Positions 40,989 to 51,370 are shown, counted from the stretch's first letter. The stretch: 64,000 nt of DNA from Waterburya sp. (GCA_965217895.1 CBDCJV010000002.1:1600001-1664000); one strand, 5' to 3'. Made by a program: numbers and translations. Notes: generated by a model from the letters alone, not told the origin.

Positions 40989-42350
40989 ATGAATCAAAAA
41001 TTACAGCAGGGTCAAACAGTTGAATTAGAAATAACTGACCTTAATACTAGCGGGGAAGGAGTAGGGAGGCATGAAGGTAGAGTTGTTTTTGTGCCAAATA
41101 CAGTTACTGGCGATCGCGTTTGCGCTAAAATAATTCAGTCTAGAGCTAAATTTGCCAGAGGAAGAGTTGAGCGATTATTGGCAACCTCGACCCACCGTAT
41201 ACGCCCTAATTGTATAGTGGCTGACAAATGTGGTGGTTGTCACTGGCAGCATATCGATCCCGTCTATCAAAGAGAAGCCAAGCTTCAGCAAGTAATTCAG
41301 GCTTTTCAACGTATTGGGGGTTTGTCAGACATTGAGGTACAGCCAATTTTGCATACATCAAATGTTCTCAACTATCGTAATAAGTCTACTTATCCCCTAG
41401 CTAGATCGACTACAGGACAAGTTCAAGCTGGCTATTATCGACAGGGTAGTCATAAATTGGTCAATCTAAATCAGTGTCCTGTGCAGGATGAGCGTTTGCA
41501 TCCATTACTTAGAGAAGTTAAGCAAGATATTCAAGAAAGAGGTTGGTCAATCTACAATGAAGCCAGCCATCAAGGGAAGTTACGTCATCTTTCTCTGAGA
41601 ATTGGTAGCAATACAGGAGAAATGTTACTCACTCTAGTAACGACAGACCAAAATCTTTTGAGTATAAAAGAACAGGCGCAAATCTGGCTAGATAAATATC
41701 CTGGACTCGCGGGTGTATGCTTAAATATTAATAGCGATCGCACTAATGCTATTTTAGGCAAAGAAACTATTACCGTGGCAGGTAAATCTTATCTACGAGA
41801 AATTTTTGCAGGAGTAGAGCTAGAGATTGCTGCGGACACTTTTTTTCAAATTAATACTAATGCAGCCGAATTGTTATTTCAGGCAATTATCGAGCAGTTG
41901 AACCTTACAGGGAATGAAACTGTTATCGATGCTTACTGTGGCATTGGTACGTTTAGCCTACCCTTGGCACAGAGAGTAAGGCAGGTTACGGGCATAGAAG
42001 TTAGTGCTGCTTCTATTCAACAGGCTCAAAACAATGCTCTACTTAACCACATTAATAACGTTACTTTCTGCATAGGCAAAGTCAAAAACGTAATCGAGCA
42101 AATTGAGCCACAGCCAGATATTTTTATTCTCGATCCTCCTCGAAAAGGATGCGATCTTCAGGTAATTAAGGCATTACTTAATTTACAGCCATCTAAAATT
42201 GTTTACATTAGCTGTAAACCTGCAACCTTGGCTAGAGATATTAAATTATTGTCTCAATCAGGTATTTATCAACCTGTATATGTTCAACCTGCTGACTTTT
42301 TTCCTCAGACTACTCATGTTGAGTGTTTTGCCATTTTAAGCAGGACATAA
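40989..42350 (+). CDS. rlmD: 23S rRNA (uracil-C5)-methyltransferase RlmD
   Basis: TRAM domain, C..ADKCGGC, FFQIN, DAYCGIG, LDPPRKG, YISCKPATLARD and FFPQTTHVE. Confidence 0.95.
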   Translation: MNQKLQQGQTVELEITDLNTSGEGVGRHEGRVVFVPNTVTGDRVCAKIIQSRAKFARGRVERLLATSTHRIRPNCIVADKCGGCHWQHIDPVYQREAKLQQVIQAFQRIGGLSDIEVQPILHTSNVLNYRNKSTYPLARSTTGQVQAGYYRQGSHKLVNLNQCPVQDERLHPLLREVKQDIQERGWSIYNEASHQGKLRHLSLRIGSNTGEMLLTLVTTDQNLLSIKEQAQIWLDKYPGLAGVCLNINSDRTNAILGKETITVAGKSYLREIFAGVELEIAADTFFQINTNAAELLFQAIIEQLNLTGNETVIDAYCGIGTFSLPLAQRVRQVTGIEVSAASIQQAQNNALLNHINNVTFCIGKVKNVIEQIEPQPDIFILDPPRKGCDLQVIKALLNLQPSKIVYISCKPATLARDIKLLSQSGIYQPVYVQPADFFPQTTHVECFAILSRT

Positions 42351-42482
42351 ACAACAACTTAAGGGGGTGGAGAAGTGGTGAAGATGGTGAGGTGGTGAAG
42401 ATGGAGTAGAAACTTCACTACCCCAATTACCCCTGTTTGCAATAGTTCTACTCTTTCATGCGAACTCACGTTATCTTGGAAG

Positions 42483-43451
42483 TTAATGATTAAACACAAT
42501 CCATTCTCCTGAGACTTGGGCGATCGCTCCTCCTGGTAAGCTAGAGGTACGGCTTTTGTTGGGCGCGGATATTAGCTGCACTACTGCTTCTATTTGAGCA
42601 AAATTTGGCTGTTTAGAGATTATAGCGGGCAAAAATTGACGGACTGCTCGACGTTGAATTGCAATCGGTGCAGAGCGTAAACCTAGGCGATTTAATTGAT
42701 TATCTTGCTTTACTTTCTGTAATAGTTTTTTGGCTTCAGCTTCTAAGCATTCTATATCTGCTCGTAATAATTCTGCGGTTTGTGCTAGAGAATTTTCCAC
42801 CTGGGGATTAAAATTCTCTTGAAGATAAGGAATCAACTCGCTACGGATGCGATTACGGGCATATTTATTATTTTCGTTAACTGCATCAAACCAAATAGGT
42901 AAGTCATATTGCTGACAAAATTCTAGAGTTTGGCGACGATACAGGTTCATAATTGGACGCACCAAGATTATCTCTGGTGTCAAAGGACGTTGCCAGCTTA
43001 ATGCACCCAAGCCATCAGCCCCCGCACCACGAATCAGGTTGTATAAAAATGTTTCAGCGCGATCGCTTTTTGTATGTCCCGTAACAATATACTCAAACCC
43101 TTTTTCTTCAGCAATTTCCACTAGAGCCTGATAACGCCACTTTCTAGCAGCAGCTTCGGTTTCTGGGAGAAGATTAGCAATTTTGAGATAAAAAGGCAGT
43201 TGCCAAATATGAGCCACATCCCTTACTCTTTGGGCAATTCCTTTGTCTGTTGACCATTGATGATCGCAGTGAGCGATCGCTAATTGCCAATCCCATTTTA
43301 GGCATAGATCCAGCAACAACTTGCCTAAACATAATGAATCTTGACCTCCTGATATAGCAATTAGAATTTTGGCTTTTTTGGGCAAAAGCGATCGTTTTCG
43401 CAGATTTTTATGCACTTTTGTCTGAATTTGAGTCCAATTTGCTTGAGGCAT
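42483..43451 (-). CDS. tilS: tRNA(Ile)-lysidine synthetase
   Basis: SGGQDS PP-loop, EAAAR..RY, GHT.SD.AET and RNRIR. Confidence 0.95.
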   Translation of the reverse strand: MPQANWTQIQTKVHKNLRKRSLLPKKAKILIAISGGQDSLCLGKLLLDLCLKWDWQLAIAHCDHQWSTDKGIAQRVRDVAHIWQLPFYLKIANLLPETEAAARKWRYQALVEIAEEKGFEYIVTGHTKSDRAETFLYNLIRGAGADGLGALSWQRPLTPEIILVRPIMNLYRRQTLEFCQQYDLPIWFDAVNENNKYARNRIRSELIPYLQENFNPQVENSLAQTAELLRADIECLEAEAKKLLQKVKQDNQLNRLGLRSAPIAIQRRAVRQFLPAIISKQPNFAQIEAVVQLISAPNKSRTSSLPGGAIAQVSGEWIVFNH

Positions 43452-43888
43452 ATTTTAAGAATATCTAAAAATTGGCAATAAAATTAATTATTATTAATCT
43501 GGTTTCAAACTTCTAAAAAATAATTGTGATTAAATTCTCAACTTATCATCTCGAAATTGATTAATCTTCTTTTTAAACAGCAGAATTAGTAAGTTAATTG
43601 GTATTATTACTTAGACAAAACCTACTTATTTGAGCGATTTACGCTTGATTTTATCTAATTCATCTCTTAATTGAACTAAGTCATGTTCATTAAATTTGTA
43701 ATCTATAAATAACTAATTGCTGTATGAAGGGCAGCTTAATACAGCAATAAAGATTAAGTAAAGGAATTTACATTTGAAAAAATCATAAGTAATTATGTAT
43801 AAGTAATAGCTAGTACCAATAAATACTGATAAAAACTTGGTTTCTTGGTTCAAAGTGAAGTTCTTTTGTAAGTTCAAAATATTTGATT

Positions 43889-44971
43889 ATGATTCGTATA
43901 TTACTGGTTGATGACCAAAAAATGGTTATAGAAGCCCTGAAAATCTCTTTAGAACCTGAGCAAGATTTGCAAATTGTGGGAACTGCCGATAATGGTATTT
44001 CTGCTATTGAACAAGTTGAAGCACTGCAACCCGATATTGTGGTCATGAATATGGAGATGCCTATCTTAGATGGGGCTAGTGCTACCAAAAAAATCACAAG
44101 TCAATTTGTGAACACCAAAGTTTTGATACTTACTTCCTATGACAGTGATGAATATATTACTAAATCGTTGGCAATGGGAGCTAGAGGTTATTTATTAAAA
44201 AATACAGACTCACAAGACATTGCTGGAGCTATTCGCAATGTTCACAAAGGCTATACACAGATATCTCCTGGGTTATTAGAAAAGCTACTAGTGTATACAG
44301 ATTCAGGAGTAATAATAAGTAAGCTAAAAAATCCTGTAACTGCACCTCAACAGGGCAACATCTCTACACGGCAAGTTGTGGGTAAATCGCAAAAAACTGC
44401 TGCTGTTTTGCAGCTTGCTTATCGCCAACAACAAGAAGAAATTGTCAAATTGAGGCAAAGTCTGAACGAAAATCAACAGGAATTGCCAAAAATCAAGCGA
44501 AATCTCTCTAGCAATAACAAATTAGTCTGGATGATTGCGGTATTAGGGCTGCTGTCCATAGCAGCAATTAGCTTGGCTTTGTTTAAGCTTTACAACAAGA
44601 CAAATACTATTCAAGCCAAAGCTGAAAGTATTCAAGCCAATATTATTCCCATGGAAAGAGTTGGTTTATATGGAGAATTTAGTCTTAGTGGACTTGCTGA
44701 AAGAGTAGCAAAATCCTACAAGAATGATTCATCGCTGGCTAATATTTCTACTGTTTATGTGGCACAAGAGGATGACGCTATCGTTTTGAAAGGGAAAATT
44801 CCTAATGCTGCGCTGCTTAGCAAAATGGAAAATCTTGCCAAGCAAGTTCCTGGAGTAAACAAGGTTTATACTAGTCAGGTTTCAATCCAACAAGTCTCAG
44901 GCGAAAATGTCCTGGGTTCGCAGGCAGTAGATGTTTTAATGGAATCAACAATCCCAGTGAAAAATGAATAA
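43889..44971 (+). CDS. NarL-type receiver domain - coiled coil - TM helix - BON domain protein
   Basis: IRILLVDD...GYLLK receiver, TM LVWMIAVLGLLSIAAISLALF and C-terminal VYVAQ...IVLKG.I......A..VPGV..V (BON-like). Confidence 0.75.
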   Translation: MIRILLVDDQKMVIEALKISLEPEQDLQIVGTADNGISAIEQVEALQPDIVVMNMEMPILDGASATKKITSQFVNTKVLILTSYDSDEYITKSLAMGARGYLLKNTDSQDIAGAIRNVHKGYTQISPGLLEKLLVYTDSGVIISKLKNPVTAPQQGNISTRQVVGKSQKTAAVLQLAYRQQQEEIVKLRQSLNENQQELPKIKRNLSSNNKLVWMIAVLGLLSIAAISLALFKLYNKTNTIQAKAESIQANIIPMERVGLYGEFSLSGLAERVAKSYKNDSSLANISTVYVAQEDDAIVLKGKIPNAALLSKMENLAKQVPGVNKVYTSQVSIQQVSGENVLGSQAVDVLMESTIPVKNE

Positions 44972-45000
44972 TAATTGATGAATTACAATTCCAAAACTGC

Positions 45001-45057
45001 GTCCCTCTGGTAAAAAGACAGCATCGTATTGATTAGGATCGATGTCTTCGATCGCCT
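45001..45057. repeat. 57-bp copy of an internal segment of the DJ-1/PfpI gene (47799-47855)
   Basis: 55/57 identical direct repeat. Confidence 0.95.
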
Positions 45058-45063
45058 TTTCTC

Positions 45064-45303
45064 TTAATTTATAAACTGTGGCGAATTTTTTCTTTGGTTT
45101 ACTTCTTTAGCAAATTCTTTTTCTAAGGAGGGTGATTTTCTATGCCACCAGCGAATTGAATAAGAAATCAATATAGAAAAAAGGATAATCGGTGAGAAAG
45201 CAAGGCAAGTAGGAACAACAATCGTCAGGATAAAGGCTGGATGTAGTTCGCTCAGATTTCTCAATTTAAATTCAGCGGTTAAATGATTTTGTACTCTTGA
45301 CAT
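45064..45303 (-). CDS. Small hypothetical membrane protein
   Basis: ATG 45303 with a GGAG RBS and a hydrophobic central segment; divergent from a LysR gene. Confidence 0.45.
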   Translation of the reverse strand: MSRVQNHLTAEFKLRNLSELHPAFILTIVVPTCLAFSPIILFSILISYSIRWWHRKSPSLEKEFAKEVNQRKNSPQFIN

Positions 45304-45481
45304 TGTAAGTTTTTCTCCAGACAGCCTATTGTTATCAAAACTCAGTATAGATAGACAATAAATAGTAATCAAACAGGGACGCTAATTAATTTGTATGAGT
45401 AAAACTAATAAATATTAAATAGCTTTAATGTATGATGTTAGGCTAATTAAAACAGCCTATTCTTTTGGTTGCAGATGTAGC

Positions 45482-46405
45482 ATGAAACTTTCCCAACTAC
45501 GCTCACTAGTTGCTGTCGCCGATACTCTCAACTTTGGCAAAGCTTCTCAGTATTTAGAAGTTTCTCAATCAGCAATCAGTCATGCGATCGCTGCATTAGA
45601 AGCAGATCTAGGCATTGTTTTGTTAAGGCGAGGACGATACGGCGCTCGTCTGACTCCAGTAGGCGATCGCATCGTCAACCTCGCCCGTCAGATGCTTGCC
45701 TTGTCTGAAGCAATAGAACAAGAGGCTATAGTTGCTAGAGGAATTGAGGGTGGACAGGTTCGGATTGCCACCTTTCGCAGTTTGGCAACTCATATTTTGC
45801 CAAAAGTGATGGTTCAGTTTCAACAAGCTTTTCCTGCTATTAAAGTCACAATTTCTGAGTATTTCAATCAAGCTGAAGCAGAACTAGCATTGCGTCGCGG
45901 AGAAGCTGACGTTGGACTTCTTCACGTGCCGATAGATGAAGAATTCGAGAGTTGGAAGCTGTTTGAGGATGAATATTTGGCTCTCCTGCCTCCAAATTCC
46001 ACGATAACGAATCAATCCTTAACCTGGTCAGACTTTACAATGTATCCCCTAATTTTGCCATCAGAAATTGACGTTTGTGGAGCTTTGATTCGCCAATATT
46101 TTGCCGAGCATCAACAAAAGCTCGAAATTGCTTACGAAATTAAAGAGCCGTCTACGATTGTCAGTATGGTCGAACAAGGACTAGGAGCGACAGTAATGGC
46201 TCGACTTGTCGCTGAGCCTATTTCCCCTAGAATCCGTTTGCATAGCTTACCTGTCCCTTTACAACGATCGGTTGGGGTAATGATTCTCTCAGAAGCGTTA
46301 TATCCTCCAGCAGTTTTCGTTTTTCTCGATCTGATTAAAAAGATGAATTTTCAGGGCTGCCAAAAGTTAATTCCAGAAGATTTAAGTTTGAGATCGTTGG
46401 GGTAG
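45482..46405 (+). CDS. LysR family transcriptional regulator
   Basis: MKLSQLR...NF.KA...L.VSQSAISHAI..LE HTH plus a substrate-binding domain. Confidence 0.92.
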   Translation: MKLSQLRSLVAVADTLNFGKASQYLEVSQSAISHAIAALEADLGIVLLRRGRYGARLTPVGDRIVNLARQMLALSEAIEQEAIVARGIEGGQVRIATFRSLATHILPKVMVQFQQAFPAIKVTISEYFNQAEAELALRRGEADVGLLHVPIDEEFESWKLFEDEYLALLPPNSTITNQSLTWSDFTMYPLILPSEIDVCGALIRQYFAEHQQKLEIAYEIKEPSTIVSMVEQGLGATVMARLVAEPISPRIRLHSLPVPLQRSVGVMILSEALYPPAVFVFLDLIKKMNFQGCQKLIPEDLSLRSLG

Positions 46406-46491
46406 CCAAAGATTTCGGAGACTGCTTTTCTTTTTACAGCCAGAACTACTTCTGCACATTCTCTCAGTCGCGCACCGAGAACGGGATGATA
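46375..46491 (-). pseudogene. DUF1810-family internal fragment
   Basis: YHPVLGARLRECAEVVLAV...EIFGYPNDLKLKSS. Confidence 0.65.
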
Positions 46492-46492
46492 T

Positions 46493-47284
46493 TTATATAG
46501 AGCGAATGATGCCACCATCGACACGCTGTGCCGCCCCATTAATGGCAGAAGCATTTTCAGAGCAGAGAAAAACAACTAGATCGGCAATTTCATTGACGGT
46601 AGCAAATCGTTGCAACAAAGATGTAACCCCATCAGCCTTGAAGTAATCAGTTTTCATTGCCTCAACTGTTGTGCCAGAAGATTGAGCAATTTTGTCCAGA
46701 AATACTTCTACCCCTTCAGTCCAGGTTGGGGCGACGAGTGCTGAATTTACCGTAACTCCTGTACCTTTAGTCATTTCTGCCAAGCCACGGGCTAAGGCAA
46801 TCTGGGTAGTTTTGGTGACTGAATAGTGAATCATTTCTGGGTTTGGTTTCACTCCCGCTTCGCTGGCAATGAAGACAATTCTGCCCCAATTGCGATCGAG
46901 CATTCCAGGCATCAAAGCACGTGTTAGCCGTACACCACTCATCACGTTGAGATCGAATAATTTTAACCAATCGTTATCTGTCACGCTAAAGAAAGGCTTA
47001 AACTCGAAAAATCCCACGTTGTTTACCAAAATATCAACCGAACCAATGTCAGTGACGGCACGAGCTAACTGTTCCGCACCCGTTGCTGTAGCAATATCTG
47101 CCACGACTCCATAAATTTCGCCGCGATCGCCCAGTTCACTAATCGTTGCATCGACCCGATCTTGAGAGCGACCGTTAATAATGACAGTTGCTCCCTCACG
47201 CAGTAATATAGATGCAACTTCTTTACCAATACCCTGGGTCGATCCAGTAACCAGAGCAAGTTTATTGCCGAGATGTAAATCCAT
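46493..47284 (-). CDS. SDR family oxidoreductase
   Basis: TGSTQGIG, LVNNVG and YSVTK. Confidence 0.92.
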   Translation of the reverse strand: MDLHLGNKLALVTGSTQGIGKEVASILLREGATVIINGRSQDRVDATISELGDRGEIYGVVADIATATGAEQLARAVTDIGSVDILVNNVGFFEFKPFFSVTDNDWLKLFDLNVMSGVRLTRALMPGMLDRNWGRIVFIASEAGVKPNPEMIHYSVTKTTQIALARGLAEMTKGTGVTVNSALVAPTWTEGVEVFLDKIAQSSGTTVEAMKTDYFKADGVTSLLQRFATVNEIADLVVFLCSENASAINGAAQRVDGGIIRSI

Positions 47285-47406
47285 TGTCTTGTATTCTCCT
47301 AAGTTGTAAAATCTTTAATGTTTCACATTATTACTTGCCATCATTAGCAATCCAGCCGAGAGTAAAAATGCTAATTTCGAGACATTCTGGCGGTTCAAAT
47401 TCCCGT

Positions 47407-48117
47407 CTATTTCTGCACTGGAACTTTAGCTTGTAGAGCTTCTAAAAGCTTATTTGCTACTAGTCCAGAAGAAGCAGGATTTTGACCAGTGATTAAATTA
47501 CCGCTTTTAATAGCAAAAGGTTCAAAATTGGCAACTCCTTGAAAATCTGCGCCCAACTCTCGTAGTTTAGTTTCCAGCATAAAAGGTACGGTATTAGAAA
47601 GCCCGACAGCATCCTCTTCTGCATTGGTAAAAGAACTAATTTGTAGCCCGTTGACCAAAGGACTACCATCGGAATTAGTCGCACTAATTAAACCCGCAGC
47701 ACCGTGACATACAGCAGCAACTAGCTTATCTTGAGCATAAACTTGAGAAACAAGCTTTGCTAATGGTTCACTATTAGGCAAGTCCCACATCGTACCGTGT
47801 CCCCCTGGTAAAAAGACAGCATCGTATTGATTAGGATCGATGTCTTTGATCGCCTGAGTATTATTAGTTGCAGCTACAGCAGATTTGTCTTGTAAAAAGC
47901 GATCGACACTTTCGGCATTTTCTCCTAAAGGCTTCTTACTCTCTGGGGCAATAGGTATTGCACCACCTTTGATAGAGGCTATTGTTACAGATGTACCCGC
48001 ATCGACAAAAGCATAATAGGGCGTGGTTAATTCTTCTAACCATAAGCCAGTAGGTTCAACCGTATTACCCATAACTGCGTGGGAGGTAACAACGATCAAT
48101 ATTTTTAAGGAATTCAT
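47407..48117 (-). CDS. DJ-1/PfpI family (glyoxalase III-like) protein
   Basis: TGLWLEEL..PY, FLPGGHG.MWDL, AVCHG and ITGQNPAS. Confidence 0.92.
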   Translation of the reverse strand: MNSLKILIVVTSHAVMGNTVEPTGLWLEELTTPYYAFVDAGTSVTIASIKGGAIPIAPESKKPLGENAESVDRFLQDKSAVAATNNTQAIKDIDPNQYDAVFLPGGHGTMWDLPNSEPLAKLVSQVYAQDKLVAAVCHGAAGLISATNSDGSPLVNGLQISSFTNAEEDAVGLSNTVPFMLETKLRELGADFQGVANFEPFAIKSGNLITGQNPASSGLVANKLLEALQAKVPVQK

Positions 48118-48188
48118 TTTTTTAACAGTCCAATAATGTTTTACTTTTCTTTACCGTAATGTAGCTTGAACGAAAAGAGTACTTATAG

Positions 48189-48207
48189 TTATGGCTTTCA
48201 GCCATAA
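48189..48207. promoter_or_regulatory. LysR-type binding dyad in the divergent promoter
   Basis: Perfect inverted repeat TTATGGCT-TTC-AGCCATAA containing T-N11-A. Confidence 0.65.
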
Positions 48208-48221
48208 TTATTTTTATAGCT

Positions 48222-49103
48222 ATGAGTTATCTACCCCAGCTACGTACTTTCCTTGAAGCCTATCGCACTGGTTCAATTACCAAAGCTGCCGATCGCCTGC
48301 ACTTGACCCAGCCAGCAGCATCAGCACATATCAAATCTTTAGAGGCGTTAATGGAGAAGAAGCTGTTTGTCCGCCATGCTAGAGGAATAAAACCTACGGC
48401 GATCGCCGATGATTTAGCCAGATCGATTGCCCCTCATTTAGAACAGATCGAAACTAAGTTTAATGCGGTACGATCGCGTATTGCGACCGTTGCCGGTACA
48501 ATTCATTTAGCTGCCCCAGCCGAATTTTTAGATGCTAAAGTATTACCCGCGATCGCATCTTTATTGGCTCACGATCTCAAAGTCAGAATTCATTTAGGTG
48601 GAAAAGAACGCATTTATCAACTATTGGATGATGGCACAGTAGATCTGGCAATTACCGCATCTCAACCTCAAAGTAAAGCTTTAGATTATGCTGAAATTGA
48701 GCAGGAGACTTTGATTTTAGTTGCTGCTGCTGATTGGGAAAAGCAACATTTAATTAAACCATTCGATCCACGGCAATTATTGAGTTTGCCTTTGATCGCC
48801 TACGATGAAGATTTACCATTAGTTCGTCAATATTTTGCCGAGGTATTTCAAATTCAACTAGATATTCAGGCGACGGTGACTGTTGCCGATTTAAGAATAG
48901 TGCGATCGCTTGTATCTTTTAGTCAAGGTTATACTGTTTTACCAAAATATCTGTGTGAACAAAAGCTACAGACTGGCAATCTCCGTCTTTTACATCAGAC
49001 AGAATTTTATCCTCGTAACAATCTTTATCTAGTTTGGAATAAAGGAAACTTAAGACATCCGAGAGTAGTGTACACGCGAGATCATTTGTTAGAAATTCTC
49101 TAA
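48222..49103 (+). CDS. LysR family transcriptional regulator
   Basis: LRTFLEAYRTGSITKAADRLHLTQPAAS.HIK.LE. Confidence 0.92.
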   Translation: MSYLPQLRTFLEAYRTGSITKAADRLHLTQPAASAHIKSLEALMEKKLFVRHARGIKPTAIADDLARSIAPHLEQIETKFNAVRSRIATVAGTIHLAAPAEFLDAKVLPAIASLLAHDLKVRIHLGGKERIYQLLDDGTVDLAITASQPQSKALDYAEIEQETLILVAAADWEKQHLIKPFDPRQLLSLPLIAYDEDLPLVRQYFAEVFQIQLDIQATVTVADLRIVRSLVSFSQGYTVLPKYLCEQKLQTGNLRLLHQTEFYPRNNLYLVWNKGNLRHPRVVYTRDHLLEIL

Positions 49104-49105
49104 TT

Positions 49106-49230
49106 AACCTGAGTTCGGGTTAGGCAGATTGAGGTAAAAGCCAATCAAGACGCAGACTAGGTTTTTTTGGTTGATGACAATAAGCGATTAATCCACAGAG
49201 AACATTGACGCAAAAATTGACTGGCGATCT
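49106..49230 (-). mobile_element. IS982-family transposase 3' remnant with terminal inverted repeat
   Basis: Minus strand [26 protein letters not shown]...* followed by ACCCGAACTCAGGTT. A similar solo end, GCGAACTCACGTT, lies at about 42460. Confidence 0.75.
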
Positions 49231-49414
49231 CGTTTACTAAATTCATAAGCTAAAATCCTCGTTAATGTTCCATGTATAAGATTACAAAAAAACTTATGAG
49301 TTAGAAAAAAATCTCAGAAGTATTGGTGATGGTCGATGAGATACTTTAGGCGATTTTCAAAAAGTTGTTTAGAAGACGGAAACTGGGATAATAGAGTTCG
49401 CTAAAGAAAAAAGA

Positions 49415-49546
49415 GCGATCGCGCTAACGGCTTATGCAGGGAAAATAGATCGGTAAAGTACTTTTAATGCTGGATATCAAAAGCATATTGCTAAACCAAT
49501 CGATCTTCCAGAGTTAATAAATACTATCGTGCAATTAATTCAGTAA
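49415..49546 (+). pseudogene. Receiver-domain C-terminal remnant of a hybrid kinase
   Basis: AIALTAYAGKIDR*STFNAGYQKHIAKPID; it begins exactly at a HIP1 site. Confidence 0.75.
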
Positions 49547-49798
49547 ACAAATGTCAAGAGTTAAAGGAAAAAACTTAGATTTCCAAACTGTTTAACTGCC
49601 TGTTTAAATATGTATTTGTCGATTCCCATTGATTACAAGCAAAGATAGATTATTTTAAGTCTGAGAAAAAATAGCATTGAATTATAGACTAAATAGACTG
49701 AACTGCTAAAGATAAAAAGAATAACATCAAGGTTATATTGATGGCTGCGCTTCAAGTCTGCTTTACAACCATGTAATTTAAAACTCAGTCATATCGAA

Positions 49799-49975
49799 AT
49801 GAATACCTGTTGTTGCTGTCGCGATCGACTACTTCGGCATTTAAGTCATAACAAAGCCTATTGGTTTTGTCCGACTTGTTATCAAGAAATGCCTAATTTA
49901 AGTCAAATGTTTTCTGCTTCTATATTAAAAACTCATCAGAGTAAATCATCTCAAACTTTAGTTTTCACTAGCTGA
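49799..49975 (+). CDS. Small Cys-rich (zinc-ribbon-like) protein, 58 aa, missed by the ORF track
   Basis: MNTCCCCRDRLLRHLSHNKAYWFCPTCYQEMP..., with two CxxC pairs. Confidence 0.7.
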   Translation: MNTCCCCRDRLLRHLSHNKAYWFCPTCYQEMPNLSQMFSASILKTHQSKSSQTLVFTS

Positions 49976-50004
49976 AGCTTTCTAATAATTTGCTGGTTTT
50001 AGAC

Positions 50005-50376
50005 ATGGAACAATTAAAATCGACTTCCTCCCTCAGCATAGATACAATTTTTAGTTGGATTTCAAACGAGCATTCTATTGAGTGCAAATGCCGTCTGAGA
50101 ATTTTCAATCTTTCTCTAGGACTATTTTTAGTAATTATTTCTGCTACACCCGACTATCCAGGCGCATCATTTACTCAATCACTACGGCAGGTTATCCATC
50201 AAGTTAGTTATAGCTTCAATTTGCCCTTAAATAAAACCATGTGGATTGAACATTACCCTGCATTCAATTCAAGTGACATTGATTATTACTATCATTTATT
50301 ATTAGCTAGGCATCAGGTGTCTTGGCATCAAATTGAGCTAGCTAAATTAAAATTTATTCTAAAACAAGCAAGTTAA
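50005..50376 (+). CDS. Hypothetical protein
   Basis: Open frame with C.LRIF and WIEHYP motifs; ATG 50005. Confidence 0.55.
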   Translation: MEQLKSTSSLSIDTIFSWISNEHSIECKCRLRIFNLSLGLFLVIISATPDYPGASFTQSLRQVIHQVSYSFNLPLNKTMWIEHYPAFNSSDIDYYYHLLLARHQVSWHQIELAKLKFILKQAS

Positions 50377-50513
50377 AAACAAAATTTTGCTTTTGTTTAT
50401 TAGGTTATGAATTAAAAGACAGTTCAAAAGCACCTCACAAGCGCGTCTAGTAAATCGTTTTAGTGGTACTAGTAAATACCACTGTCTACAAAAAAGCGAT
50501 CGCCTAAACATCT

Positions 50514-51188
50514 TCATTTATTTCTCTTAGAAGTGTAATGACCAACCAAAATAGCGATTAATGTAGAAGGATACAGTTGCCCGATAATTGCTTCTAGATT
50601 AGTAAGCATGGTAGCTAATGGACTTACAGGAACAATATCACCATAACCAAGAGTCGTCAAAGTCTTAAAGCTAAAGTGAATTGCTCTACCATAAAATTTG
50701 GCTTCACTAGCTGCTTGAGAAGAAGCTCTCTCGTCGAAACTAGCAACAATAGTATACAGTAAAGCCCAGAAAAAACCGATGAGGAGATAGGCACAAATAC
50801 CGCCACGAATTGTGTCGGCTGTTATATGTTGACACAACAAGATATCTCTTAAAATCAGGAATACAGCTACACCTAAGTACAGGGTATATACGCTTTGAAT
50901 GAAAAAATAAATGAATGCTGTTTTAAAACTGTACCAATCAAACAGAGCAACAGTCTCTAAGCCAAATGTTAAACAAGCAATTCCTAGATAGAGTCGGAAT
51001 AGTTTCTGGTGACGGGAAAAAGTTTTAACAATGATAATAATGGCAGATAGCAAAATTGCCGAACTAAATAATCTTCCAATAATGCCGTAAAGAAAAGGAG
51101 CAAGTACGAAGTTTGTCACTAAAATAACTAGCAAATTAGTATCTTTGTTCTTAGGTAATGTTTTAGATGGGAAAACTGGTTTAATCAC
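50514..51188 (-). CDS. Potassium channel family protein (ion channel 2)
   Basis: TLTTLGYGDIVP selectivity filter and EAIIGQLY. Confidence 0.85.
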   Translation of the reverse strand: MIKPVFPSKTLPKNKDTNLLVILVTNFVLAPFLYGIIGRLFSSAILLSAIIIIVKTFSRHQKLFRLYLGIACLTFGLETVALFDWYSFKTAFIYFFIQSVYTLYLGVAVFLILRDILLCQHITADTIRGGICAYLLIGFFWALLYTIVASFDERASSQAASEAKFYGRAIHFSFKTLTTLGYGDIVPVSPLATMLTNLEAIIGQLYPSTLIAILVGHYTSKRNK

Positions 51189-51370
51189 CTTTGAGCAATC
51201 TTAGTCACAATTTTTACAAGCGCGTTACACCTGCTATACGGCTCAATCGCTTGTAATTGGCTTTTATCTTTTCTATCATTGATTATAGTATCGGTGCTGA
51301 TAAACGAGACACTTCAGCAGATAGCCCAAGCATATTCATTTAGTTTTCTCAAAAGTATAATTACCAGAGT

